From a virus (taxonomy: Duplodnaviria > Caudoviricetes), in IMG/VR virus record IMGVR_UViG_3300040733_000052, positions 1 to 38,978 of that record: a stretch of 38,978 bases of DNA, one strand, 5' to 3'. Shown here piece by piece: positions 36,219 through 38,978 of the stretch (the stretch's first letter is position 1; the number at the start of each line of letters is the position of its first letter). The translations under genes and the position numbers were made by a program. Below the pieces are notes generated by a model. It had not been told where the DNA came from, did no database searches, and saw nothing but the letters and a program-made list of their open reading frames with translations.

Positions 36219-36548
36219 ATGTTGCCTAACAATGAAGAAATAAGAAAAGTAGAATGGGGATCGACATGGGGAGAGGTTATCGATACTCAGATACGCGTCG
36301 ATGGTGCGTATACGAACGTTGACGCGGACAGTTATTCCGCACAACTCGAGACGTACGATACACAACCAGCAAAGGTAGCCGATCTCTCGTGTACGAAGGT
36401 CGGTACAGGCGAATATGTAATGTGGTTCTACGCGGATACATCATTATATGATCCACTTTCTAACTATTATCTCGCGTTCACGTGGGTGTACGGTGGTAAG
36501 ACACAGATCAAACGGGTGCCGGTACGGATTGAGGTGGGTGTGAAATGA
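36219..36548 (+). CDS. Small Ig-like tail protein
   Basis: GAGGTGA RBS; 'VGTGEY...DT..Y....YYLAFTW.YGGKTQIKR.P' parallels the 34476-34769 protein. Confidence 0.6.
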   Translation: MLPNNEEIRKVEWGSTWGEVIDTQIRVDGAYTNVDADSYSAQLETYDTQPAKVADLSCTKVGTGEYVMWFYADTSLYDPLSNYYLAFTWVYGGKTQIKRVPVRIEVGVK

Positions 36549-38548
36549 GCGTAACCTATCTCAACTACAGCGCAAGCGGCACAGAGATTACGGATGAACC
36601 GATCGTTATAAACACCGCAGGGTCTCAACAGCTCGTACATGATCATATTATGTCGATCGAGGTGTGGACGGGCGAGGGTAAGACGGGTTCGCAGTTGGTT
36701 GCGAGTACGGATTACGTGCTCGGGGATTACGACAGTTTCTACAAGACATACAATACGATCACGTTCCTCACGCATAACGGTGAGACTGTATATAGCACGT
36801 ATCTCACGAAAGGTGATAAGAACTCAGCGGATGACGTAAATTCAAAAGCGGATAAGTTATCCGAGTACGCTAACAGTATTCGCGGGAATCCTACAGGCAG
36901 CGTTGCGAACGTTTCCGACATCCCAATCGCGGCGAATCAATTACTAGCCCGCTCAAGTTCCGGTAATCTTGCGCCTAAAAGCATTACCGATTTCGGGCTC
37001 GGTCTCATTGCCGCAGCAGACGCGGCCGCAGGACGTACCGCGTTGGGTTCGATTGCGTCGTCGGCACTCGTACAAACAATAAGAAATGGATATACGACAT
37101 CATTTCCGTCGGAAGATGCTGTATATGACGGGTTAGCAGCAAAATTAAGCTTAAATACTGCGTTTACGGAAATTAATCATTATTATAATCTCGCCTCTGC
37201 GTATTTCGGTATATCAACAGGAATATTAAAAATCGGATTGCCGTTCGGTTTAACGGGTACTACGTGTATGTTTGAATTGCGTATATCCGGGTTTAAATAT
37301 CGAGCAACGTTTGACGATTTAGACCAAGATCAATTAGATATACGTGTTCACTGTTATATAGGATATGGGAATGTATATAGCAGAAGAGCATATGTAGTGT
37401 GTGGTTCAAAGCTTATTACAAATCCTGATGATGTACGTCTAGGGTACGATTCCGTAAATGACAAATTTTATATTCTGATTGGTAACGTATCAGCACTATG
37501 GAGTTATTCGCGCGTTGTTATACCGGAGGTCTATTCTCCTTCAGCAAGGTCTTATTTTGAAGGTATAACATTTTCGATAACTACCGATATTTCAGATTTG
37601 AGCATAACACTTTTGAACACGGTTATTTATTCTGCGGCAAAAAACCCTATATTTTCTGGCGTTATATCGCATGCACTTAATCAAGATTCTTTCGTAACTT
37701 GCACTGACCTAAAAAATATATCTGAAGGGTCAAATGTTGGATATGACTTTACTATAAACACTGGGCTTAACGCCGCAAATAAAAGAGGATTTTCGATAGG
37801 GGTACTTGGGGCATTTAATACCGGATATTCTTCGTACGGTTCTGCGGGATATGCTTATTTCAGGAGTGCAGGATATACTCCAGGTTTAAATTTTATCGTT
37901 CCAAAAGCTGAAGGGATATTCAATTTATTCGCCGGGCATAGTGCGGCTTCTCAAGCTGAACTTACAGCAATAAGCGGAAAGGTTGGAATCTTAAAATCTT
38001 CTCCTACTGAACCGCTACACGTTGGCGGGAATATCAAAACCGAAGGATATGTCGAATTTAACGAAATATCTATACCTTCGGCTGGTGCCGCGGACACGCT
38101 CAGAGTTCTCGCTGTAGATAACGGAGGGCTCACGGAGTTACATGTAAGAGCTTACGGCGAATCTGCACAGAAAATCCCGTTCTGCGCGCGAGAGAACTCA
38201 TACAGCAAAACGCAAGGTTTCGCGATGGTGGACAACGGGAATTCGGGTACATCGAAGACGATCGACTGGCGTGCGGGTAATAAACAAAAGTTAACGCTCA
38301 CAGGGGATTGCACTATTTCGTTTACCGATCCATCTGAATCAACCGGATTAACTCTCATACTGATACAGGATGGAACCGGGAACAGGGTTATCACCTGGAA
38401 CGGGATGACTATAAGATGGGCGGGCGATGGCGCGGTTCCGGTATTGAGTACAGCTGCCAATTCGCACGATTTGGTTATGTTCGTTTATGATGCGAGCGCA
38501 GACCTGTACTACGGCTCGTACAGCAGTAATCACGCGGTGGCGAGTTAG
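36545..38548 (+). CDS. Tail fibre / receptor-binding protein
   Basis: 667 aa mosaic with fibre motifs 'AADAAAGRTALG', 'GKVGI..SSP..PLHVGGNI', and C-terminal 'IDWRAGN...LILIQDGTGNRVITW'. Confidence 0.85.
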   Translation: MSVTYLNYSASGTEITDEPIVINTAGSQQLVHDHIMSIEVWTGEGKTGSQLVASTDYVLGDYDSFYKTYNTITFLTHNGETVYSTYLTKGDKNSADDVNSKADKLSEYANSIRGNPTGSVANVSDIPIAANQLLARSSSGNLAPKSITDFGLGLIAAADAAAGRTALGSIASSALVQTIRNGYTTSFPSEDAVYDGLAAKLSLNTAFTEINHYYNLASAYFGISTGILKIGLPFGLTGTTCMFELRISGFKYRATFDDLDQDQLDIRVHCYIGYGNVYSRRAYVVCGSKLITNPDDVRLGYDSVNDKFYILIGNVSALWSYSRVVIPEVYSPSARSYFEGITFSITTDISDLSITLLNTVIYSAAKNPIFSGVISHALNQDSFVTCTDLKNISEGSNVGYDFTINTGLNAANKRGFSIGVLGAFNTGYSSYGSAGYAYFRSAGYTPGLNFIVPKAEGIFNLFAGHSAASQAELTAISGKVGILKSSPTEPLHVGGNIKTEGYVEFNEISIPSAGAADTLRVLAVDNGGLTELHVRAYGESAQKIPFCARENSYSKTQGFAMVDNGNSGTSKTIDWRAGNKQKLTLTGDCTISFTDPSESTGLTLILIQDGTGNRVITWNGMTIRWAGDGAVPVLSTAANSHDLVMFVYDASADLYYGSYSSNHAVAS

Positions 38549-38550
38549 AT

Positions 38551-38978
38551 ATGAACACGGGATGGAAACTACCCGGAACCGTAGAAACCTCTGGGGAAGG
38601 CGTCGGGTTCAATAATACCTCTAATCTCCTGATTGCCGGGGAGTATGCTTATACGGGCTCGGCTTCAGAGGCGTCTTTCTTTCACTACGTTCAATATCTC
38701 TACAACAGCGGGATTGTCGGCAACGACAATGAGAACACCGACGCAATTACGAGCACAACCCCGGTCACCTACACGTTTGGATCGGCCAACAATCAATGGG
38801 GTAACGCACTCACATGCGCGCAGGTAGAAGCCGCGACATTCGGTGTTGCTTTAAAGATACGATTGCACGCAGCGGAGGATACCTACACGACGTATCTTAT
38901 CGGGAGGAATTTCGGATTCAGCATACCCACCGGGGTACGGATAACCGGTTACGAGGCGAAGATAGACGCGCGATACTC
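38551..38978 (+). CDS. Tail-associated protein, truncated by the window end (MNTGWKLPGTVETSG...NFGFSIPTGVRITGYEAKIDARY...)
   Basis: ATG 2 nt after the fibre stop; open frame to the window end. Absent from the ORF track because no stop is reached. Confidence 0.7.
   Translation, partial: MNTGWKLPGTVETSGEGVGFNNTSNLLIAGEYAYTGSASEASFFHYVQYLYNSGIVGNDNENTDAITSTTPVTYTFGSANNQWGNALTCAQVEAATFGVALKIRLHAAEDTYTTYLIGRNFGFSIPTGVRITGYEAKIDARY

Noticed and set aside
819-38533. The many minus-strand ORFs in the track (e.g. 13539-13991, 16452-17066, 26945-27604, 27614-28378, 28723-29517, 35471-36094)
   Set aside because: They are antisense shadows of well-supported + strand genes, with no recognisable motifs or RBS.
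38633-38827. 64-aa ORF listed in the track
   Set aside because: It overlaps, out of frame, a better ORF starting at 38551 that runs off the window.
36545-38978. Diversity-generating retroelement or invertase-based fibre switching
   Set aside because: No reverse transcriptase, TR/VR repeat pair or recombinase seen within the window.

Overview
This window is the middle of a tailed-phage (or prophage) genome, probably siphovirus-like, and all credible genes are on the + strand. No integrase, repressor, lysis genes or genome ends are visible. Order: (1) replication/recombination module (1-4.6 kb): initiator with internal iterons, helicase loader, RusA, MmcB-like nuclease, SSB, NUDIX, ArpU/RinA-like activator. 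(2) A tightly coupled accessory operon (4.6-12.3 kb): degenerate helicase-like gene, IbrA-like PAPS-reductase-family gene, IbrB/ParB-like gene, DNA-methylase-like gene, then an array-less type IV-B CRISPR-Cas effector module (csf1, cas11, csf2, an unannotated 30-aa ORF, cysH-like, two csf3 paralogs) and a small putative RNase. (3) A self-contained promoter/boxA cassette (12.4-13.5 kb). (4) Packaging and Mu/lambda-like head genes interrupted by two glycosyltransferase genes. (5) A non-contractile tail module with a probable +1 frameshift in the tail chaperone, a tape measure spread over 3-4 repeat-sharing genes, and many tail-tip/fibre genes running off the window end. All family calls come from motif recognition by eye; no database searches were run.
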